Source: Candidatus Heimdallarchaeota archaeon | GTDB taxonomy: Archaea; Asgardarchaeota; Heimdallarchaeia; JABLTI01 | NCBI GenBank assembly: GCA_018238155.1 | Contig: JABCTZ010000011.1 | Coordinates: forward strand, 1 to 64,000 | Reading direction: 5' to 3' | Length of the DNA: 64,000 nt | In this document: piece after piece, positions 27,712 to 38,169 of the stretch | Numbering within the stretch: position 1 is the first letter of the stretch | How the letters are laid out: the number at the start of each line of letters is the position of its first letter | Notes under the pieces: generated by a model | Database searches by the model: none | Told to the model about the DNA's origin: nothing | Seen by the model: only the letters and a program-made list of their open reading frames with translations | Made by a program: the position numbers and the translations under genes

Positions 27712-29463
27712 TTGCAATTGAAGATTAAAAAACTACTACTAATAATATCAATAATCTCCTTTTTAGTTATAGGAGAGAGCCTAGCAGCAAATGCAATGCA
27801 GAGTCAAATTGATGATGAATTAACACCTGATCTATTTCATGTTGGTGAGTTCAATTTACACATCAATGTGTCAAAGACAGAATTTACTCCAGGAACATTT
27901 ACAGTAAAAGAAAGTGCAGCTGTAAATCTCACAATAGAAAGTATTGATATTGGACATACTTTTGTTATAGTCGAGTACGGTATAAATGAAGCAATTGAAG
28001 CTAATACTACAATTGTAGTTGAATTCATTGCAGATAAACTCGGAGAGTTTTCTTACTCCTCTGTAAACTGTTCAGAAACAGGAACCTTTAGTGTAGAAGA
28101 TCCTTATGTTCCTGATATGCCTAGACATGATGAAATAAGCATCCTCTTCGATTTAAGACATAATTCTGATATAGATGCAATAAAATCAAAATATTCTGGT
28201 TTAGTTAATTGGACTCAAGATAGTGGGTTCAAGTTTAGTTATAATATAGATCATTTAATTAATCAAACACTAGCTGATATAGATCTTTTGATTATTTTAG
28301 AACCAAATGATTCAACAAAAAATTTCACTTCATTTGAAATTGAAGCAATAGCTCAATATGTGAGAGATGGTGGTGGACTTTTAATAGCCGGTTCGGCTGA
28401 CTCTATTTTTACGAATGTGAATGAACTAGTACAACCATTTGGAATTCTTTTTGATAATGCAACAGCTATGTGCATAAATTCAACTAATTTAATCAACCCA
28501 ATTGGAGAAAATAACACACTCTCAACGTTTTTTGTTTCAGAATTCATGGATCATCCAATTCTAACAGAAAATCAATATGTGCCATTAACAGATGAAACAG
28601 TTTCAACAATTAATTATGCTGGTTCCATGTTAAAATTAAATGAATCATGGATAGACGAAAGCCTAGAGTCCTATGACTTTCAAGTTGCCGGAGAAATTGT
28701 TGATAGTTACGTTTTAGCAAGTGGCAATGAAACAACCTTTGCTGACGAAAACGGAAATGGTGTTGTAGATGAAAATGAAACCATTGGTGTAAATAATACA
28801 CTAATTGTTTTAACAGAGACAAAGAATAATGGGAGAATTGCAACAATCGGTTCAGCAAATATTTTTAACAACACACAATTGGGACGAAATCCTGAAAATG
28901 AGTTGTTCTATCAGAGAACAATACAATGGTTGACAAAGATGTATGCAGTGATTCAAAATTCGAACTTTGATTTAAGTGTTTATACCCTAAATCAAGGGGA
29001 TATAATGAACTCGAATGTTACATATAGAGCTCAAAATAATACCATTCTTGAAGGAATAAATGTTACCCTCAGAGTAATGCGAAATTCTATTATTGAATTA
29101 GAAAAGAGCATGGAATCCATTGATAACACAAATTTCTCTATTATAATTGATACAAATGAGATTAACAAAGGAACAGTTTATATCAATGTTGTTGCCCATA
29201 AAAGAGGCTACGGGTATAATACCACACAGGATATTTATTTGGAAGTATATCCACAAGGACCTGAACCACAAAATGTTCCAATACCCTATATAATCACATT
29301 TGCGTTAACAATCATTGTAGGTGTAGTTGCAATAACTTTCTTTTTTGTTAGAGTAGTAAAAACATCTGATGTATCTTCTCCAGAAGAATCGAAAGATTCT
29401 GAAGAGGAACTCGATGACGAAGAGAAAGATGAAGTAGACTTAGATGAATACGAAACCGAGTAG
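27712..29463 (+). CDS. Surface protein: signal peptide, cupredoxin-like + GldG/GATase-like domain, C-terminal TM and acidic tail
   Basis: F.P....VK...V.L...DIGHTF; YVRDGGGLLIAG...N.L..PFGI; DENGNGVVDENE Ca-loop. Confidence 0.65.
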   Translation: MQLKIKKLLLIISIISFLVIGESLAANAMQSQIDDELTPDLFHVGEFNLHINVSKTEFTPGTFTVKESAAVNLTIESIDIGHTFVIVEYGINEAIEANTTIVVEFIADKLGEFSYSSVNCSETGTFSVEDPYVPDMPRHDEISILFDLRHNSDIDAIKSKYSGLVNWTQDSGFKFSYNIDHLINQTLADIDLLIILEPNDSTKNFTSFEIEAIAQYVRDGGGLLIAGSADSIFTNVNELVQPFGILFDNATAMCINSTNLINPIGENNTLSTFFVSEFMDHPILTENQYVPLTDETVSTINYAGSMLKLNESWIDESLESYDFQVAGEIVDSYVLASGNETTFADENGNGVVDENETIGVNNTLIVLTETKNNGRIATIGSANIFNNTQLGRNPENELFYQRTIQWLTKMYAVIQNSNFDLSVYTLNQGDIMNSNVTYRAQNNTILEGINVTLRVMRNSIIELEKSMESIDNTNFSIIIDTNEINKGTVYINVVAHKRGYGYNTTQDIYLEVYPQGPEPQNVPIPYIITFALTIIVGVVAITFFFVRVVKTSDVSSPEESKDSEEELDDEEKDEVDLDEYETE

Positions 29464-29584
29464 GTTTGTAGAATTTAAAGTGAAGATTATTAACAATCTT
29501 CACAAAAACTATTTTTTTATTCCAAGACTCATTCTTACCCTAAACATAGAATTTAAGAGTATAAAATTATAAAGAAGTATTGTA

Positions 29585-30382
29585 TTGTTCAAATTGGAAA
29601 GTGTTTTGGGAATGAAACCTCAAATAAAACAATTAAAATCGGAAGCTGAAGCTAACTTTGCAGCAAGTAGGTGGGAAGATTCCGCTAAAACATATGAACA
29701 TCTTGTTGGATTAGCTCAAGATAATAATGATCTTGCATTGTCTATTGATTTTGCTTTAGCAGCAATCCGTTCTTGGAAAAATCTACCTGACAAAGCTTCA
29801 AGGATAAATAAGCTCTACCAAGTAATTGGTATAATTGGCTTGAAAAAAGCTGCTGTTGGTTTTGAAACTGTTGCAAAAGAAGCAGTTATTAAGCAAAATC
29901 AAAAAGAAGCAGCAGCAAATTTCGAAGATGCTGCAGATGGATATAGCTATATTATGAATTTTGATAGAGCAAAGAATTGTTATGAACAATCAATTGAAAT
30001 ATTTGAGAATATGAGTGATCAAACAAAGAAAGACAATGATGTTGAAGGATCAATTCATTTATTTGAAAGAACAAGCAATCTCTATAGTAAGATATCATTA
30101 TTGCTCGAGAGAGTGCTATTACATAACAAAGATTTGGATTCCAAAGCCAAGAAGCAAATAATAGAAGAAAAAGACACGATAATAAAATTAGCTAAAGAAG
30201 CGAAAATTAATATTGCAAAATCACATGAAAATTTAGCCGTATTTTATTTAAAGAAAAACGATTCAGATTTCAATAGTATCATTGAAAAAGAATTTTCAAA
30301 TGCGATTAAAATTTTACTTTCTATTGGAGAAATACACGAAGCAAAGAAACTTGAAGCAAAGAAAAAGAAAATCGAAAAATGA
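29585..30382 (+). CDS. TPR/SNAP-like alpha-helical repeat protein
   Basis: AAANFEDAADGY...AKNCYEQSIEIF repeats. Confidence 0.65.
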   Translation: MFKLESVLGMKPQIKQLKSEAEANFAASRWEDSAKTYEHLVGLAQDNNDLALSIDFALAAIRSWKNLPDKASRINKLYQVIGIIGLKKAAVGFETVAKEAVIKQNQKEAAANFEDAADGYSYIMNFDRAKNCYEQSIEIFENMSDQTKKDNDVEGSIHLFERTSNLYSKISLLLERVLLHNKDLDSKAKKQIIEEKDTIIKLAKEAKINIAKSHENLAVFYLKKNDSDFNSIIEKEFSNAIKILLSIGEIHEAKKLEAKKKKIEK

Positions 30383-30393
30383 GTTTTAAACAT

Positions 30394-30843
30394 TTACTCT
30401 TCCGAAGAATTCTCTCTTTCTTCAATTATTTTTCTAATGAGTTTCTTTAAATCATTATTGAAGGTAGAAGCTATTTTACTCGAGATAGATTTTGCCAAAG
30501 GGCAGTCCGGATCGACAATAGCATTGTTTTTATCCAAATCAAATATAATGGGATAAAATTTACATCCTTGAGGTCGTGAAGAATAGATAATACATTTGTT
30601 ATCACGTAAAAAAAAGCAAACACCATTAATATTTTTTAAACGGGTAAACCCTTCTTCATCAACAAAACAAAAATCAATTTTACGATATCCACAATCTATG
30701 ATTACCTGTACATCTTCAGAAGAGAGCATCATTTTTGTTTCTTTGCAGCAAATAGCGCAAGAATGGTTTGAACAAATACCACCTAATTGTAACGATTTCA
30801 AGATATCACCAGAATTCCATGCCAGAAGAGGACTAATATACAA
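30394..30843 (-). CDS. YkgJ-family CxxCxxCC Zn/Fe-S protein
   Basis: CSNHSCAICC, CFFL...CIIYSSRPQGCKFYP; true start probably downstream. Confidence 0.85.
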   Translation of the reverse strand: MYISPLLAWNSGDILKSLQLGGICSNHSCAICCKETKMMLSSEDVQVIIDCGYRKIDFCFVDEEGFTRLKNINGVCFFLRDNKCIIYSSRPQGCKFYPIIFDLDKNNAIVDPDCPLAKSISSKIASTFNNDLKKLIRKIIEERENSSEE

Positions 30844-30903
30844 AATAGTAATAACTTATTGAATTTAAAACTAATTCCAAGTAAGCTGTTTATTGGTGAA
30901 AAA

Positions 30904-32475
30904 ATGACTCTTCCAAAACTAGAACCACTAGAATTAAGCACATCAAATCCAGGTTTTGTTTCAAAATATAATTTTAATATCAAGTTAGCCCAATTAACAG
31001 GGACAAATGGACCTCGAGATTTGTATTCCGCTTATAATGCGGATTTCTTTGATAAATACGCAACGGGGTTTGCAAAAGCAATTGAAAGTGACATTCTCAT
31101 TGGATATGATGGAAGTAGAGTACATAAATCAATTTCAGTAAGCTCAAAAGAATATATGAGAAGAAGTGGGATAAACATCATTGAGTTAGATGGTCCTGTA
31201 ACAGTACCAGAATTCATGTTTTCATGTTATAAACATAAACTACCAGGATGCTTTTTCGGAAGAAGTCATAGCCCCCAGCAATATGTGGGATTGAAATTGG
31301 TAATAAATATTGGTAATGCAGTTGATCTATTGCGAAAGAATGGAGCTGTAATTGACTTTCCAAAGAGCATAAAAAAGAATAGTATCTATGGATTTTTACC
31401 GAGAACACTCGCACCAGTAATAGAAGAGATAATTGGAGAAAATCAAATGGTGCATCCAAAAGATATCGGTTCAGTTGAACAGCTTGATACAAAAGATATG
31501 AGGGAAGAATTTTTCAAATCGCTAAAGAAAGTAACTCCAATGGATAAAATCGAAGGAGAATTTATTGTCGATTGTAGACATAGCATGGCTGGAGAAATAT
31601 GGGAAATAATCAATAGAGAATCAAATGCAACGATTACTCTAGACAATAATATCTTAAATCCAACAGCACCAGACCGCGATCCGAGAGAGATTTGGGATGA
31701 TTTAATAGAGAAATATTATAAAAAATCACAAGCAGTTTTCGATCATGATGCAGATGCAGATAGAACATTTCTAGTGAAAACACCTGGAATCGGGAAAGAT
31801 AAAATAGTAATGAATCAAGAAGAGTCATTTACGACAGGATTAATAGCAGAAGCCAAGGTGAACAAACCTGATGAGTATGTGTTAGTACAAGAAAGAATTT
31901 CATTATTAATGCTCTCGGCGTTAAATGAATATACCAATAAGATTTATGCAACAGCACAAGGAGAACCGGCATTCTTTTTAGGAGTAGCAGAAATACTGGC
32001 AGAAAATCCAAGCATAAATAAAATATCCGGTGCAGACTATACAGACATTTTCTTCAATAAATCACATCCAATATGTATGAAATCACCATTTCAACATGCA
32101 TTATGGTTAATGCATTGGTTCAAAGAGAATGAAAAGTTACCAGAATTCCCTGCGGTAGATGTGCTAAAAACACAAATAGATATGGTGAATTTAAACTATC
32201 CACAAAGATTAGAAAAAGTACTAAGATCATCAAAGGAAATAATGGACTATCTAACAAAAGAACATGAAGTAATCTATAGATCAACATTGGACGGTCAAAA
32301 CGTGATCGTTCAAGATAAAAGTGAAAACAGTCTCGTAATAAGCATAAGACCAAGTGGAACTGGACGATATACAAAAATAATAACCGAAATAGGTTTAGGG
32401 AAAGCGGATAGCAAAAAAAGAAAGGAAATCGCTGAAATAATGAACAAAAATATTGCTAAAATAATTGGTAGCTAA
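30904..32475 (+). CDS. Divergent alpha-D-phosphohexomutase family protein
   Basis: GTNGPR, IGYDG, RSHSPQQYVGLK, DADADR, IRPSGT; GGTGA RBS before ATG 30904. Confidence 0.85.
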   Translation: MTLPKLEPLELSTSNPGFVSKYNFNIKLAQLTGTNGPRDLYSAYNADFFDKYATGFAKAIESDILIGYDGSRVHKSISVSSKEYMRRSGINIIELDGPVTVPEFMFSCYKHKLPGCFFGRSHSPQQYVGLKLVINIGNAVDLLRKNGAVIDFPKSIKKNSIYGFLPRTLAPVIEEIIGENQMVHPKDIGSVEQLDTKDMREEFFKSLKKVTPMDKIEGEFIVDCRHSMAGEIWEIINRESNATITLDNNILNPTAPDRDPREIWDDLIEKYYKKSQAVFDHDADADRTFLVKTPGIGKDKIVMNQEESFTTGLIAEAKVNKPDEYVLVQERISLLMLSALNEYTNKIYATAQGEPAFFLGVAEILAENPSINKISGADYTDIFFNKSHPICMKSPFQHALWLMHWFKENEKLPEFPAVDVLKTQIDMVNLNYPQRLEKVLRSSKEIMDYLTKEHEVIYRSTLDGQNVIVQDKSENSLVISIRPSGTGRYTKIITEIGLGKADSKKRKEIAEIMNKNIAKIIGS

Positions 32476-32551
32476 AAAGTAAAAAAATGCACCAAAATAA
32501 AAGTGGTGCGAAGTAGTTTTTGTGTTCTTTAGGGATTAAGAAGCTATTGGA

Positions 32552-32665
32552 TTATTGTCTAGAATCGGCAGTAATAGCTAGAAAAGCCATAAAGCCAATA
32601 ACAGCGAGGACAATTAAACCAACAATACTTCCAAGAACGATTAATACAATAGCCCACCATTCCAT
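32552..32665 (-). CDS. 37-aa single-TM micro-protein
   Basis: MEWWAIVLIVLGSIVGLIVLAVIGFMAFLAITADSRQ with GGAG RBS. Confidence 0.55.
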   Translation of the reverse strand: MEWWAIVLIVLGSIVGLIVLAVIGFMAFLAITADSRQ

Positions 32666-32749
32666 AATTTTGTTCTCCATGAATTTTTTAGTTATAATAT
32701 AATATTGATTATGTTTACCTATTAAATCTTTAGGCAATGAAATAGAAGA

Positions 32750-33293
32750 GAAAATAATTGGAGAAAACAATGCTTGAAGATAGCAAAAATACACCAAAAG
32801 ATTCGCAATCAACGAAAAGACTACCTCCAAAAAGAAGCAACAAAATTAGTGAATACCTATGATTTAATTTCTCTTGAGGATTTAAAAATAGAAAATATGA
32901 TGCAGAATCGCTATTTAGCAAAAAGCATCGGTAATGTCTCTTGGGGAATGTTTCGCAATTTCCTTTCGTATAAAACTGTAGAAAGCGGAAAAGTAATGGT
33001 TTTAGTAAATCCATATAATACTACTCAACTCTGCAGTGAATGTGAAGAGAAAGTAGAAAAGAGTTTAGCAATGAGAATTCATAGTTGCCCTAATTGTGGG
33101 TTAGTCATAGATAGAGATGAAAATTCAGCAAAAATAATCCTTAAGAGAGGATTGAAGAAGTTCCAGTCATCTATTGACAACACCGCTGGGTTGGCGGGAA
33201 GTGCTTGTGGAGAGACTTCAATAGAAGCTCAAGGAAGCAAGAAGATTGTTAATTAACAATTGAAACCATAGAATGCTCGGCTTCGGTAATTAA
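32750..33293 (+). mobile_element. tnpB: IS200/IS605 remnant: 5'-truncated tnpB plus right end / omegaRNA region
   Basis: ISLEDL, SWGMF...LSYK, VNPYNTTQLCSEC, CPNCG...DRDENSA; RuvC-I missing; typical 3' GGGAAG..GCTTGTGGAGA..GAAGCAAGAAG sequence. Confidence 0.88.
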
Positions 33294-33336
33294 CATAAAG
33301 TTAAAAAACCGAACCTATTGAATAAAAATCATTGTT

Positions 33337-33414
33337 AGGCCTGTGGCGCAGCCTGGATAGCGTGCTTGGCTTCGGACCAAGAGGTCGGCGGTTCAAATCC
33401 GTCCAGGCCTGCCA
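33337..33414 (+). tRNA. tRNA-Arg(UCG), CCA encoded
   Basis: AGGCCTG/CAGGCCT acceptor, CTTGG-CTTCGGA-CCAAG. Confidence 0.95.
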
Positions 33415-33479
33415 ATTTTTATTTATAATTTAGAGATTCATTACCTTTAAATTAGTTATAAGAAATAACTAATATTTGT

Positions 33480-34604
33480 TTATGCCATTGCCATTACTGC
33501 TATTACTATTGCTTCGACTATACTAAGAAAAGGTGCTATAAAAAGACCTATTTTTTTCATAAACCCTTCTTTTTTCTTTTCGAATATAGATTCAGATAAT
33601 GTTTTCAAAGTAATTGCTAAATGTGCTCTTTTTTCAGGATCTTTTTCCTTACTAATATCATTTAAAGTTCTAGTCATTTCAGCTTGAGTTAGCTTATAAG
33701 GATTAGTTTTATAGTTATCAAGTTCATCTTCCAAAGATTCAATTACAGATTTTAACTCATCAATATTATTTTGCTGAATTTCAATTGTACTTTGTAAGCT
33801 CTTCATTTGTTCTATCGTTTCTTTTGATAAAGTAGTCACTTGAGAATAATGCGCTGTTGATGATATTAAAATTTCTCTTGATTTTTCTTCATCCTTATCT
33901 GCAGAGCTTTTTATATTTTCAATTTTATCTTCAAATACCAATCTCCTACATAAAGAATCATATTTCTTTTGCTCATCTTCAGGCAATTCATCATACATTT
34001 CATCAATAATCTTAGTGCCAATACTTTTACTTCCAACCAACTCAACGTGTGCAATCGCAAAATTAAACTTATAATCTACATTAGCTTGGTTATCTATTTC
34101 ATCTTTGATTACTTCAGTTACCTCTTCTCCACCAATCATTAACAAAGAATCCAATGCAAGCAATCTGTAATCTATATCTTCATCATCTTTCATTATACTG
34201 ATTAAAACATCTTTAGCTTGTATTGTACCCAAAATTTCTATCGCTCTTTCTCTATGTGATCCTTCTTTAGCCATTTTGGATAATTTCTCTATGTCTTCAG
34301 AGGCAATTAATTCATCGAATTCAATGTCAATTTTGTATTTAGAATAGTCATCATAAGCAATTCCTACTGCAATAATTAAAAATAAACATATTACAGAACC
34401 AAAAAATATTGTATGTAAATCAGCAGGTAATGTTATTATAAGTAAAACAATAGAAATGATAAAACCTATAATAAATAAAACTGTTAATGACTTTTCTTCT
34501 GTTCTTCTCCAAAACTCACCAATACTATAACCACTATATTCCAATTCTTCATCCATTTTATTTCTCTCACAAATTGATATTCTTAAACAATTAAGCTTGA
34601 CCAT
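33480..34604 (-). CDS. 2-TM + HEAT repeat + coiled-coil membrane protein (likely start 34556)
   Basis: RERAIEILG, RLLALDSLLMIG HEAT repeats; heptad region; C-terminal hydrophobic helix. Confidence 0.7.
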   Translation of the reverse strand: MVKLNCLRISICERNKMDEELEYSGYSIGEFWRRTEEKSLTVLFIIGFIISIVLLIITLPADLHTIFFGSVICLFLIIAVGIAYDDYSKYKIDIEFDELIASEDIEKLSKMAKEGSHRERAIEILGTIQAKDVLISIMKDDEDIDYRLLALDSLLMIGGEEVTEVIKDEIDNQANVDYKFNFAIAHVELVGSKSIGTKIIDEMYDELPEDEQKKYDSLCRRLVFEDKIENIKSSADKDEEKSREILISSTAHYSQVTTLSKETIEQMKSLQSTIEIQQNNIDELKSVIESLEDELDNYKTNPYKLTQAEMTRTLNDISKEKDPEKRAHLAITLKTLSESIFEKKKEGFMKKIGLFIAPFLSIVEAIVIAVMAMA

Positions 34605-34759
34605 ATTTAATTATATCTAGTTTTTTAAAAAAGAAAGGTATAATAATTCAGAAACACGTATCTTTTTCGGGATTAAATTCTCATATATATTTCATTTGAG
34701 AAAGTGATGCCAATTTGGAAAAAGCAACTTAAAAGTGTACTCTATTGTAGCAAAACATT

Positions 34760-35860
34760 TTGAGTCTTTTTATTCATAATATTATACAGGGGAAAAAATT
34801 GAATTCGATAAACTCTAAAGAAAAAAACCATATTGCAATTTATTGGGATTATGAGAATGTACAAGTTTCAAATTTAGGAGATCAAACTAACATTCCTTCC
34901 GTTGAAAGCATTCTTGATTTTGCTAAGGAATATGGATTAGTTAAATATCAAAATATATATTCAAATTGGTCAACAGAAAACAAAGCCCTAAAAATGAGCC
35001 TTTACAGTCTTGGTTTTGAATTGATTATTGTACCTATGTCAAAAAGCAATAGTTGTGATTTAAAAATAGCAGCAGATATTGCTAATGACATATACAGTGA
35101 CAATATGATTACAGATGTTATCTTGATTACCGGTGATAAGGATTTTATTCCCATAATTACTTGGTTAAAAAAAATCGGAAAAAACGTTGTGTTAATAGGT
35201 CAACCTGATATTACAAGTGATCACTTAATTTTAAGTGCAGATGAATATATTCCGTTTACGAGTTTTACAGCAAAAGAATCAATTTGGCAAGGTACATATA
35301 AAGAAGCTAAAATTCTATTATTAGAGCTACTAAAAGAGTTAACAGAACAACTAAGGTCTACACGCTTTTCTTTTGTTAAAGCTATGATGAAAGATAAAGC
35401 AAAAGGTTTTGATGAAAAAGAAATAACTAATCGACAATATCAGAAATTCCAGGAATTCATTTTTGAAGTTGAAAAGGATAAGGCTATACAAATTAATGGC
35501 AGTGGTGGCTTCTTGGAAATGTTCTTACCTGAAGTAAACTCTGTAACTGAATCTGAGTTTGCTGAAGTTATTTCACAACCAACATTGGAACACTGGGAGT
35601 TATTTTTTGATCGTATTGAATTATGTTTTAAAGATGGCAAAGGAAAGAAAACTGAGGGAACTGAATATATACTATTGGCTTACTTGAAAACTTTAAGAGA
35701 AGAAGAGAAACTTCCTTTAACAAAAAATCAGATTCGTGATATGTTTAGTTCAATTATTGATATAGGATTGCTTGTTGAATTAAAGAAAAAGCAATATAAA
35801 ATGAGTGTTAATTATCAAGAGCTCAAGAATATTTTCTTTGGACAATTTAGAGAAAATTAG
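34760..35860 (+). CDS. NYN (LabA/DUF88) RNase with OST-HTH/LOTUS-like domains
   Basis: IYWDYEN, SCDLKI, LITGDKDF, SADEYI. Confidence 0.9.
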   Translation: MSLFIHNIIQGKKLNSINSKEKNHIAIYWDYENVQVSNLGDQTNIPSVESILDFAKEYGLVKYQNIYSNWSTENKALKMSLYSLGFELIIVPMSKSNSCDLKIAADIANDIYSDNMITDVILITGDKDFIPIITWLKKIGKNVVLIGQPDITSDHLILSADEYIPFTSFTAKESIWQGTYKEAKILLLELLKELTEQLRSTRFSFVKAMMKDKAKGFDEKEITNRQYQKFQEFIFEVEKDKAIQINGSGGFLEMFLPEVNSVTESEFAEVISQPTLEHWELFFDRIELCFKDGKGKKTEGTEYILLAYLKTLREEEKLPLTKNQIRDMFSSIIDIGLLVELKKKQYKMSVNYQELKNIFFGQFREN

Positions 35861-36084
35861 TTGTAAACAAAATTTACAATAAATATATATGATGTTTTTT
35901 TGTAATATTGCATTTTTAATGCCTTAAATCAAACAAATTGAAGAAATTCTTTTAAATTATATAGCTATTGTTAATTCATAAAATATAAAATATCTAATGA
36001 TATTGCATGAACATTAAGAAATATATACTCAATCTAATATATTTAAATGTCCAAATGCTTAATAAATTAACAAAGTGATTGAAA

Positions 36085-36300
36085 ATGTCAAAAAGAGGAA
36101 ATGATTTAGGATTCAAAGAGTCAGATATAGTAGGTAAAATTGTGAAATATGATTCAATTTCTGCATTTCATTTGACTACTTCTGGTAGAAGTTCTTTGAA
36201 AGAAAAAGTAGCAGGAAGAGGTAAAGCCATTAAAAGGCACTCAACCATTTTTTCCAAAGATAATTATAAATTACTTAATGGAAAAATAATCAAAAAATAA
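36085..36300 (+). CDS. Small basic hypothetical protein (71 aa)
   Basis: Open frame with GTGA RBS and upstream TTTAAA box, co-oriented with HD gene. Confidence 0.55.
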   Translation: MSKRGNDLGFKESDIVGKIVKYDSISAFHLTTSGRSSLKEKVAGRGKAIKRHSTIFSKDNYKLLNGKIIKK

Positions 36301-36568
36301 TTTAGGTTTTTTCAGTAATAATCATTAAAATTAAGAAAAGCTTAAATTATTCAATCTATTTTTAAAATAGAATGGAATAGGAGATAATAAAATTAAAATT
36401 GGAGAGTATGGGTCTTTAAATTATAAAAATAATAAAAGTGATTCTTCACAAGACGAAGAAAAAAACCCTGAATTAGAAATTATAAGGGCCTATTTCTCAT
36501 TTTTTGAAACCCAGCTTGAATCAGCTGATCCAATAACTGTAGATTTTTCAAAAATAACACTAAAAAAA

Positions 36569-38158
36569 ATGGAAAAAGTTACTCTAAGCACTATTCAGGA
36601 AAGTGATTATTGTAATTTGATTGAATGGAAAATTCAGGAATCTGAATTACCAAATCATTGTCTGGAAAAAATCGAAATAAATTTATTAGAATTACTGGAA
36701 TTCCTTAAAGAGGAACTTGAAAACGATTTGCAAAGTAATGAAAATACATTCAAGCTATATGTATTATTAAAATCATTTTTTACAATTATTTCTGAATTCT
36801 TTATATTAAAAGAGATACTAGAAGACTTTATCAAAGAATATAACTTAGAGAGTTCAGAAGACAATCATAAATTTTCTGAAGAAATGAAAAAAATAAGCTA
36901 TTTTTGTAAATTAAAAATTCTTTGTTGTTTTAATATAGATGAAGAACTATATGTGAAATATCTGTGCAATAAAAAAACGAAGAATTTTTCTCCTGAAAAA
37001 GGGAAGAAAATTATATCAAGTATGTTAAAAACACTGGTTTTACTAGATGACATAAATAAAGAGAATATAACTGATGACTCCATAGATCTCCCATATATAT
37101 TGAATTTCAATGTAGAATATAGTCTATTCACACCATCTCAATTTAATCAAATGATTGAAAAGAATTTAAATTATATTAATTATGAAAAAATAATTGAAAA
37201 TTTACGAATTATTAATGATATATTTTATAGGGATCACTTTATTCATTCTTTTTTTGTGTCTGCTTTACTTCTATACATAGTCAATAAAATTGATGACATA
37301 TTACCTGATAATTTGAATAGACATCTATTAAATTTAGTAGGATTATTTCATGACGATGCTTATCCAATTGAGGAAATTACCTCTCTACTGCCAAAATTTC
37401 TTGAACCAATAGAAGAGATTTTTCCAATAAAATTTAATTTTTCAGATATTTTTACCGCAATAACCTCCAAACAAAATATTGTAGATGAAGAAATTGAAAA
37501 TGAATTCATTAGTAAATATTTTATAACTCCTATATGTCAAGATAATGAAATTAATGATAATTTTAAAAAAATTTTGCAAATTGCAATAAAAACCATTATT
37601 TTATCAAAGGAATGTGATCATGGATACATCTCATCATTATCACTGTTCTCAAATGTAAAAAGATTATCTACAAATTCTACTGTAATCGCAAGATTTGGTT
37701 ATAAGTTCAATCTAGATGAGAATGAGCTTAATAAAATTGGTATCACTGATTTTATTCCTAAAATATTTGAAAATGTTTTTTATTCAATCGCACTTCATAA
37801 TATAAAATTTAATAAAGGGGATGGAGTAGAATTATTATTTAACAATGATACTTCAAAATTTATCTCTTTATTAAATTTAGTAGATAATCTACAACATTGG
37901 AGAAGGACCCCAACAAAAGATTACGATAATGCTATATTAGAATCATTAAGTTTAGACACTGGGTCTCTAAAAATAAAATTAAAGTATATTTTTAATAATG
38001 TACCTACTTCGTTTAATAGGCATTCAATCGAAGATTATTTTAAAAAAATATTCACATTATTTAAATTTGATAAAAGAAGCATAAGTGAATTAGAAATTAT
38101 TATTGATATTAGTGATATTGGTGAAAGGAATATTGAACTAAAGTTTTCACATAATTAG
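36569..38158 (+). CDS. HD-superfamily metal-dependent phosphohydrolase (frame open from 36371)
   Basis: YRDHFIHSFFV, GLFHDDAYP, DHGYIS, IALHN, VDNLQHWRR. Confidence 0.8.
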   Translation: MEKVTLSTIQESDYCNLIEWKIQESELPNHCLEKIEINLLELLEFLKEELENDLQSNENTFKLYVLLKSFFTIISEFFILKEILEDFIKEYNLESSEDNHKFSEEMKKISYFCKLKILCCFNIDEELYVKYLCNKKTKNFSPEKGKKIISSMLKTLVLLDDINKENITDDSIDLPYILNFNVEYSLFTPSQFNQMIEKNLNYINYEKIIENLRIINDIFYRDHFIHSFFVSALLLYIVNKIDDILPDNLNRHLLNLVGLFHDDAYPIEEITSLLPKFLEPIEEIFPIKFNFSDIFTAITSKQNIVDEEIENEFISKYFITPICQDNEINDNFKKILQIAIKTIILSKECDHGYISSLSLFSNVKRLSTNSTVIARFGYKFNLDENELNKIGITDFIPKIFENVFYSIALHNIKFNKGDGVELLFNNDTSKFISLLNLVDNLQHWRRTPTKDYDNAILESLSLDTGSLKIKLKYIFNNVPTSFNRHSIEDYFKKIFTLFKFDKRSISELEIIIDISDIGERNIELKFSHN

Positions 38159-38169
38159 GGGAAATCAAT

